Source of the DNA: Paraspadella gotoi
Taxonomy: Eukaryota; Animalia; Chaetognatha
Direction: 5' to 3'
Assembly (NCBI GenBank): GCA_051294375.1
Contig: CM119265.1
Coordinates: 3,767,046 to 3,831,045 of the forward strand
Length of the DNA: 64,000 nt
The notes below the pieces were generated by a model that was not told where the DNA came from, did no database searches, and saw only the letters and a program-made list of their open reading frames with translations. Position 1 is the first letter of the stretch; every line of letters starts with the position of its first letter. The position numbers were made by a program, and so were the translations under genes. Shown here one piece after another: positions 1 to 13,510 of this stretch.

Positions 1-96
1 GATGAAGTTCTGGCGCAGGGTCGCATGCAGGCCTTTCGATCCTCGATGATCTGAGAGTCAGATAGGGTGGATTGAAATATTTATTAGAGTGGTTAT

Positions 97-3000
97 GGAG
101 ATGGTTATCTAGCTAAGGTAGTTCTATTACAGATTACTCTACATCTTGGGAAAAGATCGTAATAAGGCAAGTATTTTAATGGACAGCTTAGAAAGTGATT
201 AGGTACTCCTAGGCCAGACAATCAAATAGGATGCGAAGAGAGTAAGGTTTCTATGAAACTCCGAATAACGAGAGAGACTAAGCAACCGAGAGAGAGTCGA
301 AGTTGAGAGAGTGAGTCCGATCTCCAAAGACTCTATCCTGATTCCGGGGATGAAAGAGGAGGGGACGACGAGGGAGGAGTAGGCGTTGAGAGGGGGAAGA
401 GAAGGCCCGGGGGAGAGGAGTTCTGGCGTAAGGTGGAGCCCTATCTTGTGCCCCTCTCTTGTCCGGAGACGCCCACTTGGGTCTTTGAATGTCACAGTGG
501 GCGTCGCCCTTGGTGTGGGTGTGGGAGTTGGTGGAGAGGTAGGGGCAGAGGCGGACGCCGGCCGGGTCAGGTGATTGGTGGTGGACGCGATGTTTGGGGC
601 GGAGGGGATTGGTCGTCCTAGGTCCTCTAGAGTTGACGCTTTCATTTGGTTGGTGATGGACGTTGGCGCTGGTCAGAGAGGGCGAAACCGGAAGGCGCCT
701 TGAGTCTCGTGATGGAACGGGCGGTAATCGCTGGTTCGGTAATCGGTTAATCAAAACGGTGGGAAGGCGGAAGGAATTGATTTTTTTGCCCTTGAGTCTT
801 CAGGGGGTTGGCCTTTTTGGAGGGAGATGGAGGGTTAACAATAGTTTGGAGGGAGGGGAGAAGCACGCTACTTATAATCATCAAATTTTTTGGTCTTTTT
901 TTTGGTTTTTTTTCTAAGAAACTCAAAAATAAAAGTCAACCCAATTTCTCTAAAGTATTTAACAAAAGAGGAGAACCACTGAGAGAAAATAAAAAATGCT
1001 GCTTGCTATCAATGAACAGATTATAAAACTAACAAGTAAAACCACTATGAGATGCTGAAACACAATCTAAATATGAAACTAGAAAACGTTTCAGATAATT
1101 CAAATTTGTTTTTTTAAATTTCTAAATTCGAACTTAACGGAAAAGATGGCAAAAAAAGTGTATGTACCTCGCAATAAATCTTTACTTTGAAACTAAGAAA
1201 TAAAATGCACTACGAAATGATAAACTCAGGATAAATTATTAAACTAGAAGACGCGTTTCAAAGAAAGTTTAAAAAACATTTTCAAAGTTGAAAGAAAAAA
1301 TAGGAATTTAAAATCTGATAACTAATATATTTATTTTCTGTAATTTAGACGGTAAAATAAGGAGAAAGGCAATCTATGAAAAGATACCCCATTTCAAAAA
1401 GCTGCCAGCTTTAACAGTCAGCAAAGAAAAAAAATTTGTAAAAAACCAAGCGCGCAGGGTTGCGGAAGTAAAGGGGGGAAGCAGTGAAAGGAAGAGCGCA
1501 AGAGATGCAATGAGAAGACGTTGGTCCCTTGGAGGTCGCTGCAGAATAACCGCTATGAAAGATGTTGACGTTGATCGGGACGAACGTAAAAAGGCGGAGA
1601 TTTTGCCGGAGAGTCGCGAGAGAGTTGAAGTCGGGTAGAGGTAATTTTTGTTTGTTTTTATTTTCATTGATTCGGGAGTCCGTATGAAGGGGAGAGAGAG
1701 CAGGAGAGCGTGGGGATGGAGGGGGGGAGGAGAGTAATGAGAGGAAAGACCATCGCCAGTCGCCGGCGCCGAATCGTCGCCATCGTCATCATTCTTCGCC
1801 ATCGCCGTTTCTATCGCCTGTCGCCGTCGCCATCGACCTAAGGGAGGACTCAGAAAACCCATCTGGATAGTGAAATTGAGAATGGTTTTTTAAATATGTT
1901 ATCGTGATAATTCTAAGCCGTTGACCTTTGTTTAACTTATTTAATACTGGGAATGAGTTTGACTAAATCATTGTATGGGGTTTATTTTAAAATAATTTGT
2001 GGTTGCTTTTGTTTTTAAATGAACATTCGCCATAGGAACAGGCAAAAAAAACGGAGTAAACTAAGTTTTGTTTTCATACACGTTAACTTAAATATTTTTT
2101 TATACTCAACAATACTTAATATAAGTGTGACTGTAGATTCCATGGATGATGTTTGAACCAATTGACTCGTCTTTCGTTCCTGAATGAGTTTCCAGCAGGA
2201 GAAATAGCTGAAGCTAAGAGATTTAATCAGTGAAGGTTCAGGGATCTTTAGGGAATTAATTTCAATGAAAAATAAAAATATCAAATAACCGAAATTAATG
2301 ATCAGAATTGATAAAAGGAAAGGAGGCAACGGAAACTAAGTTAATCCTGGAGTCGGAAGTAAATCAATAAGCGCAAAAGAGAAAAGATTTGCAAGACGCA
2401 ACGTATAAATTGACATTGTTTGTGCAAAAAAAAAAAAAAAAAAAAAAACTGGTTTCAGACAGAAGTAGAGCACTAGTTTTCAAGATAGTTGGTGGTGGGT
2501 TTAGAGAAGGGGGCAAGTCATTAATCATTAAACACCAGCCATACAGAACTTAGAAGACGCTTTGAAAGGGTATGATTTGGAGTTTTGATTTTGTAAGATT
2601 TTTGGGTTTTTGTTTTGATTTTTTGAGTTTTCAGTCGTATTTTAAGATCAGAAGGGTGAGGGGAGGCAATCCTCTGCGTTTAGTTACTTGGAGTGAATCA
2701 TTGTGATTCATGCTCACCTATTTCTCTTTTTCCACCATCGGGTCTTGACTTGTTATTATTTCAGCAGGAAGCCGTTTCTATGAATTTTGTAAATCCCACT
2801 TATAGGGTAGCGATGTCGCTTTTCATCAATCTTTATCCGGTAAGGCTTTCATTTCTTCCCTGATTTTCATAAACAAATTGCAAGTTTGTTTAACTTTTTG
2901 AACTTTGCGTTTCTGACATGGAAGGGTCCAGATAACCCTCCCTCACTCTTCTTGGTAAAGAAATGACATGGTTTTAGAATAATTTTAATAAATCTTCTGA

Positions 3001-6000
3001 GGCTCTGCCTGTTCTTTGCATTCCCTTGTTCATTATTTATGTATTTTGTTTAAAATATTTTATTTCTGGTTTTAAATGGCGCTGCAGTCACGATCAATAA
3101 AAGAGCTGGAGTTGAAAGCAATCTTGGCTGGCTTTTGAAGATGCTGTTTCCGGTTTAGAAATTGTTGGTATTTGATGTTTCCCTAGGTATTGATGTTGCT
3201 GTTGTTGTTAAGTTGCTGTTGTTGGTGCATGTATCCTTGCTGGAAAAGTTGACATCGTCATGGGAAACTAATGGGTGTAATGCCAAAGTTACGTTTTGTC
3301 GGTTTTAGCACAGGATGAATCATGAAGTGAGGAATGGTTGAAACCCATTGCAGACGAAAACAACGACCATTAGGACCGACAATGCTTGGAGACCATGACG
3401 TGGCACAGACCATCTAAAACAAAGTCGATGGTTTGTAAGCAAATAATTTTCTTGTCATTAAAATGAAGATTCTTGAATTTGAAATCAGCGTGGGTTATTG
3501 AGTGGTCATTCCCGCAAAATGAGACAGGTCACAGATTGTAGATTGCGAGAGAGAGAAGAATTTGGTGTTTTTTACTTGGTTGGTGTTTCTTATGCGCGCA
3601 TATTCTCCGAAACGGATTTTTGATTAGATGAAGAAATGTGTGCAGAAAAATGTTTTTTATTAGACTAGGCTGTTGTAGAGAGAGGGAGACAGGGAAGTTT
3701 CATTTTTATCATTTGTAGTCAAGTCGAGTCAGGCGGCGAGCAAAGTGAACTTGGTTTGCTTGCCTTTCTGCTTAATTTTTCCTTTTTCTTTAAGTTCTCT
3801 CTTGACTTCATTAAGCTCCTGTTCTTTCTTGCCAGAAGTCATTACTGTTTTGTCAAATTTTATCTGAATTTGTGAAATCGTTCTCATTTTGATTTTCCAG
3901 TTTCTGACAGTTTTTCTTTAGTTTCTTTAGCTCTAGAGTTTATGTTGCTTAAAATTTCTGTTTGCTGTTTCAAATTTCGTCCCCTCTTTTTTCATGCTTT
4001 CCTTTAAGTTTCTAAAAATACATTCACTCCAGTTATCCATTCTGTTCTCATAATAGCATATTATCTTGTCTAATAAGTTATTATTCTAATTGCTGAAACC
4101 TCTTTGTTTATTACTTTGGAAACGACGTCTAGCCAAGCGAAGCTTCTTCCGAGAGTAGAGGTGGCAATGGACCGCAGGATTAAAGTTATCAAATCGGGAG
4201 TATTCATCATCCTATATTGAATGGTATTCCATTTTGGAAGAGACTTTCTTTATTTCCGAGAAAGGATAAAGAAACCAGAGAAAACGGGGAGAGGGAGTGA
4301 GAGGGGAGAGAAGAAGCTGAAAGAGAGGGAAGTTGAGAGAGAGAGGGTGGAGAGAGAGAGCAAGAGAGAGATAGAGGGAGAAGGGAGAGAGAAAGAGAGA
4401 GATGTGAGAGGATGAGCGGAGGCAAATCTTAGCCCCGGCGAGATTTTTCGAGGGAGAGGGATCGCAGTCGATTTTGGTTTTTTTTGTTTCCTCGCGATGC
4501 CAGTCACGTGACGACAGAAGTGTGCCAGCCCAGAAGGCCAAAAGAGAGATTTTGACCGTGGAGAGAGAGAGGAAAAGAGTGAGAGGAGAGAAAGCGGAGG
4601 AAGGAGAGAGAGAAAGGAAGGTCTCTGGCCGGCGGTAGAAATAAGTCCGATAAAAAATTTGACTTAAAATTAAAATTAGTCAGAGAGCAAAATTCGAGAA
4701 TAAAATCAAAATAAAATCCAAAAATAAATTTCAAGTTTAAATTGAGATAATTTTAATTAAATTTAAAAATAAATTCAAAAAAGATTCGCAAATAGAGGGG
4801 AGAATGAGAGGGAGGGAGGGAGGGAGAGAGAGAAAGAGGGAGAAAGAGAAGAGAGAGAGAGAGACTGAGAAGAGAGAGAGAAAGAAGAGGAGCGAGTAGG
4901 AAGGAGAGAGACGGCGGTCATTATTTTTTTTCTGATGCAATGCCTAGACACGTGACGACGTTGAAGCTTCAAAGCAAGGGGCAAGAGAGACAAATATTTT
5001 GACCGCGGGTGAGAGAGAGAGAGATAAACGTTCAGGAAAGGAGAGGGAGTGAAGAGAGGCGGGAAGAGACTCGTTGCAGCTGGCTCTTTCAAGTGAGGAA
5101 TGGATGAGGAAGGAGAAGCGCCAAAGTAAAGGGAAGAAAGAAGACGGAGGACAGGAAGAAGAGCAAATGAAGAAAAAGGCGCAAAAAAAAAAAAAAAAAA
5201 TTACGCTGAGATCGAGGATCGACTCACGGGTCCCAATAGCGCGCCGAAAGGAGGGTGTGCGTTACCAAAGGAATGTCAGTAAGGAAAGTGAGGAAAAGAA
5301 GATTGAATTGATTGTACAGATGTTGTATTAGATCGTAAGTTGATGAAAAGGATCGAGAAAGAGTCAAAGTAGTGAAATAGTGAAAAATCGAGTTGTGAGT
5401 TAATAATTGTGAAAGCAATAAAAATCGAAGGAGTTGAATTATTGTATAAAAAATTGAGTATAGTGCAGATGAAAAATGGTGAATTAATAAAAATACGAAA
5501 GGTGAGTTAAAATGGACAAAGTATGAAATGGAAATAGTGAGTGAAAATAGTTGAAATTAAAAGGATTAGTGAGTTTAAGTAATGGCAACAGTAAAGAATT
5601 TACAGGATAAAATTAAAGTTGAAATAATGTGCGTGGGGTAGGACAGTGAGGCAATGTAAGTTAAATTAACAGGAAGCATAATAGAATAAAATCGAATTGA
5701 ATTGAAGTATAGGGAGTAGTTAAAATAGTAAGAAAATTACTAATGGAAAAAATTCATTTATGGCCCGGTTATCTTGCCTAAAAGGGGGAAGATTACGATT
5801 TTATTATGTTTTATTATGTCCCGGGAGAAAATTTAAAGCTTAAAAAAAATAAAAAAAAAAAAGGGTTTGGATTTAAAGTTTGGAAATTCCCCTTTTTACT
5901 GTTTTGGGTAAAGGTTTGAAAGGGATGAGTGCAGGTTCTTTGTTTTTCGTCTTTCTTTTTGGCGTTGAATTGAAGAAAATTTATTTTTCAAACGTTTTTG

Positions 6001-6627
6001 CGTGATGAGGAGAAAAAAAACTTTTTGTCCAAAATTATAGGTAGAGTTAAAAGTTGTTTGTTTATTTTTTTATTTTTTTTTATTTTTTTTATTTTAGCGC
6101 GATGAAAGATTAGAAGAAGAATTAGCGCATGAAAAAAATTTAGGTTTAGAAAGGATGGAAGAAAAAAAAATGTGGGGTGGGTTGGCCGAGGGTTTTGCCG
6201 GTAGCCAGTTAGTCGTAGAGCAGGGAAGCTTAATCCTGGGAGTTAACCTTGGGGGAGAGGGCCTTGCATTGGGCGTCACTGGAAGATGGGTATCTAGCTA
6301 AAGTAGGTACTATCTAGTCTCTCATCGGGAAAAAGGTATTAGGCAAGTATGTAATGGTAATAGGGAAAACAGAATATAACAAAGGGTATCAAGGGTACAT
6401 AAAAGCGGGGCAGAAGGGAGAGGGAAAGTTGCAGACCCCGCAGACCGAGAGGAGAAACCGAGAAGAGAGTCGAAGTATGAGAGAGTGAGTCCGATCTCCA
6501 GGACTCTATTCCGTTGACTCCGGAGAAGAGGAGGGGACGACGACGCGGTTAGGAGGAGGCGTTGAGAGGGGGAAGCAGAAGGCCCGGGGGAGAGAGAGGT
6601 TCTGGCAGTAAGGTGAAGCCTCTATCT
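97..6627. repeat. Diverged direct repeat pair (97-446 and 6281-6627) bracketing the Gag-like region
   Basis: Shared blocks GAGAGAGTGAGTCCGATCTCCA, GAGGAGGGGACGACGA, AGGCGTTGAGAGGGGGAAG, AGAAGGCCCGGGGGAGAG and TATCTAGCTAA..AGGCAAGTAT occur in the same order. Confidence 0.85.
3320..3530 (-). mobile_element. Degenerate BEL/Pao-like Gag triple zinc-knuckle coding region
   Basis: Allowing frameshifts, the minus strand reads C..CGNDHSITH..FKNL..LLTNHRLCFR..PRH.SKHCRS..RCFVCNG.NHSSLH, the spacing typical of BEL/Pao Gag. A-rich, coiled-coil-like broken coding sequence lies upstream (about 3560-4200). No intact ORF and no pol seen. Confidence 0.45.
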
Positions 6628-7497
6628 GGTTAGAAATCAGTATTAATATTTTTATCACCCACTGAATTACATCACATTTTAAAATCTAATTTAAAGGAAT
6701 GTTTTTGTAAGTGGCCACTTATTAAGAGATGTTAGTACGAGGCAGATCAAATCAATTATTTAAGGCGAATCGAATAAGTTATTATGAGAATCAATAACAA
6801 ACTAAGCAATTAGTCCGGTGTTTGAGATTTGACATCACAGATTAATTTATTCAATTTTTAAAGCTAGTAATAACAGGAAGGAATATTAATAATAAATTAA
6901 ATTTTATATGATGATATAAACATTTTACCTGTCCGAGAAAACTTGGCCGGAATATCGCCGAACGTGCCCGGCCACTTGCCCTGCACGATGTTTTCCGCCC
7001 CACCGGGCCCGAGACGGACGCGCGGGCAAGTGACGCTTGGAAGGTTTGATCGGGCATAGGGATTGCAGGGAGGTGGGAAAGCTTTGGATCGGTGGGGGAG
7101 TTGAAAATAACCGAGTTAATTGATGGCGCATTCAACGTATTTCTATCATTCTTACATCGCCACATCACCCTTACATAATTCTTGCTTTATCCCATCAACG
7201 TTACTTCAAATTTTACGGGTTTTCTTATAATCCAGTGTATAACTTAGTATAAACATAGTATAAACACTTTGGACCCTGAATCTTTGTGCAAACCGAAGCC
7301 ATTTGTTTAGATTTTCGTAGTTGTGGAATTTATAATTTTCTTCTATCATCTTTGTTGTGGAACTGTAACAACAGTGTAACTGCAGCGTCCTCTAATGTAC
7401 TACATTCGAAATTTTATTTTACGTACAAAAATTTTCCATTCATTCATTCATTCATTCATTCATTCATTCATTCATTCATTCATTTCCCCTAACTCAC

Positions 7498-8445
7498 CCG
7501 GGGGCATCGTAGGCCTGGATGACCTGTCCTTTTCAGCCACGTGCACTTTGATGTTCTGACAGTCGTAGCAACAAGCGTTACCGGCGAGCGGTTGGAACAA
7601 CTCGAAGGAGGTCGGCTGCTTCTCAGAGAGCATGTAGGGTCGACGAGGCCATCCGCGGTTTAGGTTGTGGCAGGGGTTGACGAAGGAGGCCTGGGGTTGT
7701 GGTGGGAGATGTGGGTCTGGAAGCGCCGATGGTTGTGGAGTAAATGACTCGAAAATGAGGTGACCTTTGAGTAAATGGAAGGGCCGACACTCGGGAGGAT
7801 ATGGTCGGGATTGTAATCCATGTCGGGGACTGGAGGATTCGGATGCCAGTCTCTATAGGGGGGGCGGGGGGAGGAATCAATAGAGATGGATGAAGCGGAT
7901 TGACTACTGCATTGATGTTGCACACAATAGATCCTCAAATGAATTAAATAAAACGAATCAAACCTTTTTTTGTAAAAGTGGTTGAGATAAAAAAGTCGTA
8001 CAATCGATTTTTAGGTATTGGAAAAGCAAAGGGAATAGAATTTGCTAATTGTACAATATAAAGAGAAAGAGAGAAAACATTACTAAAAAAGAATATCAAG
8101 AATATCAAAACCGTCGTTTGCACAGAAGAAGAAAAATAATTTCATCGAGGTTATTAAAATTTCTGAAGAATTCTATGAGCGATTATATACACCGGCGATC
8201 AACACCCCCTAGCACCCCGGCGCTCAACACCCCCTAGCACCCCGGCGCTCAACACCCCCTTGCACCACCGAGGACTCTGACCTATCGATCCCCGAGTTGG
8301 GATTCGGCGGACAAATCCTTCCCTTCGCGTGGACGATGGGTTGGCATCGTCTCGTCTCGGGGTCACAACCGAATCGCTCCACGTAGGTGGTCAAGTAGTT
8401 TTGGCGAATGTCGTCCGCTGAATGGAGGGAGAAGGGGGGAATCAT

Positions 8446-8514
<69 letters not shown>

Positions 8515-9379
8515 CACCTTCTTTCCCTCCCTCCCTCCCTCCCTCCACTCACGTCGGTTCTCTCTCTTCACTCTCTCCATCTCTTCCCTGTTATGCTCCG
8601 CCAGTCCCCAGTCGCAGTTGATTCTCCTACAGCCTTCGGTGCAACAGAAAGGACATCTACCGTCGGTTCTGTTTTCGCATTCGATGTTGAATCCTTTTTC
8701 CGAGTCGCGACATTTGCGGACCATGTAGCGCACCTTTTAGAGAAGGATTGGGTGAGTCAGTTAATTGGGTAAGTCTATATAGGTCCTTTCCTTGTGATCA
8801 AAGTTGTCAGTTTTGCAAATAGTTCGTATATTTTATTAGTCCATTGTTCGTTTCTCTCGTTCGTTCTCTTTTTTTGGTTCGTTCTTTCGTTCGTCCGTCC
8901 GTCCGGCCATGCGTTGCTTCATTCGTTTCCTCCTTCTTCATTATTTAATTCTATTGTCATTCACTCCGTCCGTCCACTCATTCATTCATTCATTCATTCG
9001 TTCGTTCGTTCGTTCGTTCGTTCGTTCGTTCGTTCGTTCGTTCGTTCGTTCGTTCGTTCGTTCGTTCGTTCACCTGAGCCTCCGTAGGTTTCCATATTCT
9101 CGGATGATTCCCGATTTGCGCCAAATATTTTTCGTCTTTCTGATATTCGCCGATCATGATCACAGATTGAACTGTGGGTCTTTATTTATTAACTTTACTA
9201 TATATTAGCCTATCGACAATTAACTTATGTCTCCGATAGTTTGGGTCTCAACAAAAAAAAATAATGCTGCTAAATAATTTGACATACATACAATAAACGA
9301 AAAAAACCTTCGCTGTCTTAAAAATATTATCGGCTATTATGACTTTTTACAGTTGATAACTAACGAATTCGTCGTGAAG

Positions 9380-9431
<52 letters not shown>

Positions 9432-9657
9432 CTCATCATTAACTGACATCTACCAGCCGGAGCCAATTGTTGCTTCGCTCCAGAAACGTCGGTAATTGAC
9501 CCACAAAACTGACCAAGCGCCGCGACCTGACCTGACCTGATCCGACCACTTTGACTCACCTTAACTTACCTTTAGGGATCTTAAATTGTTCGCTGGTGAG
9601 GTTTCTTGACGGCGGTTGACCATTTTCGAGGGTAAAGTTAGAGACAATAGAAGAAAC
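7498..9657 (-). CDS. Multi-exon Cys-rich protein of unknown function, partial; exons 9570..9657, 9074..9171, 8553..8733, 8282..8417, 7498..7933, probably continuing from 7399 towards about 7210
   Basis: GT-AG sites with matching phases (88, 98, 181, 136 nt) give VSSIVSNFTLENGQPPSRNLTSEQFKIPKVQSVIMIGEYQKDEKYLAQIGNHPRIWKPTEAQVRYMVRKCRDSEKGFNIECENRTDGRCPFCCTEGCRRINCDWG...NRPDDIRQNYLTTYVERFGCDPETRRCQPIVHAKGRICPPNPNSGIDRIYCVQHQC. Microsatellites fall in the predicted introns. The 436-nt exon has indels that differ between the two copies. Confidence 0.65.
8199..8260. repeat. 25-bp tandem repeat (CAACACCCCCTAGCACCCCGGCGCT), about 2.5 copies, intronic; repeated at about 11467
   Basis: Directly visible. 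Confidence 0.9.
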
Positions 9658-9936
9658 CTACAAACAGACAAATAAGACTCGTCTCTATCTATTATCATTT
9701 TCAATAAAAATGTCATTATCATTTCTTTAGTTAAGGAATTATCGAATGAAGGAAAGACAAAGAGTAGAAAAAACGACAAAGGGGAAGAGAGAGATAGAGA
9801 GAGAAAGAGAATCTCTCACTCTCTCTCTCTGTTATGTCTCTTCAAAGAACTATTTAATGCCTAATGGTCCGGTCAGCGCCGGCATAAAGACGGTTCAAAA
9901 GGAATGGAGCAAAGGTCAAGATCTCGACAAGATGAT

Positions 9937-10009
<73 letters not shown>

Positions 10010-10772
10010 CCGCCACTCTTGACGCCCCCAGACGAGTTCCGTCTCCCGCTTTCGCCCTTAATCCGACTCCACGCCTTCTTTACTATTCTCTCTCTCTCTC
10101 TCTTTCCCTCAGAGCGTCACTTTGCGTTCACTTCGGCCACCGTTACGCCCACTGCATCGTTCACCAAATCGTTCACACGCCCTCGGCATCATTCTATCGC
10201 CGGAGTCGTAGTAGTAGTAGTAGTAGTACTAGTAGTAGTCGTATTGTTCATTTGCTTGAAACATCGTTAACTGACATAGCGTTTAATCCATTTACTATTC
10301 TCACTAATCCTCAGCTGGTTCACAAACCACATGAAAATGAGATGGAAAGCTACAAATGGTATAAAAAGGATTAGCCACCTATCGGTTAAACAAAATAAGA
10401 GGCCGACGATAACCATTAAGAACAGTTAATGGTTATTGAAACACATCAGCTTCGAGAAACCGGTTCTGTTTTACACTCAACTTTAACAAAATTGGAAAAA
10501 GAAAACTCATTGTTCTTTTTTTTTTAAAAGTAAACAATGCCCTCACCGACTCACCGTCTGTGATGGAAAAAAAAAACTCACCCGCGTCTCGTGCGAGTGA
10601 GTGAGAATGGTGAGACTCAACACTGTGAACAGGGTAATTATCCGGGAAAATGGCCTCTTCTTCTTCTTTCCCTTTCTTTCTTNNNNNNNNNNNNNNNNNN
10701 NNNNNNNGTACAAAATTTTCCATTCATTCATTCATTCATTCATTCATTCATTCATTCATTTCCCCTAACTCA

Positions 10773-11711
10773 CCCGGGGGCATCGTAGCCTGGATGACCT
10801 GTCCTTTTTCAGCCACGTGCACTTTGATGTTCTGACAGTCGTAGCAACAAGCGTTACCGCGAGCGGTTGGAACAACTCGAAGGAGGTCGGCTGCTTCGCA
10901 GAGAGCATGTAGGGTCGACGAGGCCCATCGCGTTTAGGTTGTGGCAGGGGTTGACGAAGGAGGCCTGGGGTTGTGTGGAGATGTGGTCTGGAAGCGCCGA
11001 TGGTTGTGGAGTAAATGACTCGAAAATGAGGTGACCTTGAGTAAATGGAAGGGCCGACACTCGGGAGGATATGGTCGGGATTGTAATCCATGTCGGACTG
11101 GAGGATTCGGATGCCAGTCTCTATAGGGGGGGGGCGGGGGGAGGAATCAATAGAGATGGATGAAGAGGATTGACTACTGCATTGATGTTGCACACAATAG
11201 ATCCTCAAATGAATTAAATAAAACGATCAAACCTTTTTTGTAAAAGTGGTTGAGATAAAAAAGTCGTACAATCGATTTTTAGGTATTGGAAAAGCCAAAG
11301 GGAATAGAATTTGCTAATTGTAACAATATAAGAGAAAGAGAGAAACTTTACTAAAAAAGAATATCAAGAATATCAAAACCGTCGTTTGCACAGAAAAGAA
11401 AAATAATTTCATCGAGGTATTAAAATTTCTGAAGAATTTCTATGAGCGATTATATACACCGGCGATCAACACCCCCTAGCACCCCGGCGCTCAACACCCC
11501 CTAGCACCCCGGCGCTCAACACCCCCTTGCCCACCGAGGACTCTGACCTATCGATCCCGAGTTGGGATTCGGCGGACAAATCTTCCCTTCGCGTGACGAT
11601 GGGTTGGCATCGTCTCGTCTCGGGTCACAACCGAATCGCTCCACGTAGGTGGTCAAGTAGTATTGGCGAATGTCGTCCGCTGAATGGAGGGAGAAGGGGG
11701 GAATCATTGCG

Positions 11712-11767
<56 letters not shown>

Positions 11768-12877
11768 CTCCTCTCTCTCTTTCTCTTACTTCTTTCCTCC
11801 CTCCCTCCTCCCTCCACTCACGTCGGTTCTCTCTCTTCACTCTCTCCATCTCTTCCTGTTATGCTCCGCCAGTCCCAGTCGCAGTTGATTCTCCTACAGC
11901 CTTCGGTGCAACAGAAAGGACATCTACCGTCGGTTCTGTTTTCGCATTCGATGTTGAATCCTTTTTCGAGTCGCGACATTTGCGACCATGTAAGCGCACC
12001 TTTAGAGATAGGATTGGGTGAGTCAGTTAATTGTGTAAGTCTATATAGGTCCTTTCCTTGGATCAAGTTGTCAGTTTTGCAATACGTTCGTATATATTTA
12101 TAGTCCATGTTCGTTTCTCTCGTTCGTTCTCTTTGTTTGGTTCGTTCTTTCGTTCGTCCGTCCGTCCGGCCATGCGTTGGCTTCATTCGTTTCTCTTCTT
12201 CATTATTTAATTCTATTGTCATTCACTCCGTCCGTCCGTCCGTCCGTTCCGTCCGTCCGTCCGCCGTCCGTCCGTCCGTCCTCCGTCCGTCCGTCCGTCC
12301 GTCCGTCCGTCCGTCCGTCGCGCCGTCGTCCGTCCGTCCGTCCGTCGTCCGTCCGTCCGTCCGTCCGTCCGTCCGTCCGTCCGTCCGTCCGTCCGTCCGT
12401 CCGTCCGTCCGTCCGTCCGTCCGTCCGTCCGTCCTGTCCCTCCGTCCGTCCGTCCGTCCGTCCGTCCGTCCGTCCGTCCGTCCGTCCGTCCGTCCGTCCG
12501 CCGTCCGTCCGTCCGTCCTCCGTCCGTCCGTACGTCCGTCCGTCCGTCCGTCCGTCCGTCCGTCCGTTCGTTCACCTGAGCCTCCGTAGGTTTCCATATT
12601 CTCGATGATTCCCGATTTGCGCCAAATATTTTCGTCTTTCTGATATTCGCCGCTCATGATCACAGATTGAACTGTGGTCTTATTTATTAACTTTACTATA
12701 TATTAGCCTATCGACAATTAATTATGTCTCCGATAGTTTGGGTCTCAACAAAAAAATAATAATGCTGCTAAATTAATTTGACATACATACAATAACGAAA
12801 AAAACCTTCGCTGGTCTTAAAAATATTATCGGCTATTATGACTTTTTACAGTTGATACTAACGAATTCGTCGTGAAG

Positions 12878-12931
<54 letters not shown>

Positions 12932-13155
12932 CTCATCATTAACTGACATCTACAGCCGGAGCCAATGTTGCTTCGCTCCAGAAACGTGGTAATTGACCCA
13001 CAAACTGACCAATGCGCCGCGACCTGACCTGACCTGATCCCGACCAACTTTGACTCACCTTAACTTACTTTAGGGATCTTAAATTGTTCGCTGGTGAGGT
13101 TCTTGACGGCGGTTGACCATTTTCGAGGGTAAAGTTAGAGACAATAGAAGAAACC
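10773..13155 (-). pseudogene. Second, indel-rich copy of the Cys-rich gene (probable assembly or haplotype duplicate)
   Basis: Near-identical to 7498-9657 with many scattered 1-nt indels; begins just after a 25-N gap. Confidence 0.55.
12227..12566. repeat. (TCCG)n microsatellite, about 340 bp
   Basis: Directly visible; explains the RPSV/DGRT repeat ORFs. Confidence 0.97.
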
Positions 13156-13433
13156 TACAAACAGACAAATAAGACTCGTCTCTATCTATTATCATTTTCA
13201 TAAAAAATGTCATTATCATTTCTTTAGTTAAGGAATTATCGAATGAAGAAAGACAAAGAGTGAAAAAACGACAAAGGGAAGAGAGAGATAGAGAGAGAAA
13301 GAGAATCTCTCACTCTCTCTCCTGGGTTTATGTCTCTTCAAAAGAACTATTTAATGCCTAATGGTCCGGTCAAGCGCCGGCAATAAAGACGGTTTCAAAA
13401 GGAATGGAGCAAAGGTCAGATCTCGACCAAGAT

Positions 13434-13510
<77 letters not shown>

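Noticed and set aside
8199-8260. CRISPR-like array (also 48464-48511 and 49795-49985)
   Set aside because: Head-to-tail repeats without unique spacers, in a eukaryotic context with no cas genes.
12107-12663. RPSV/DGRT repeat proteins
   Set aside because: Translation of an intronic (TCCG)n tract.
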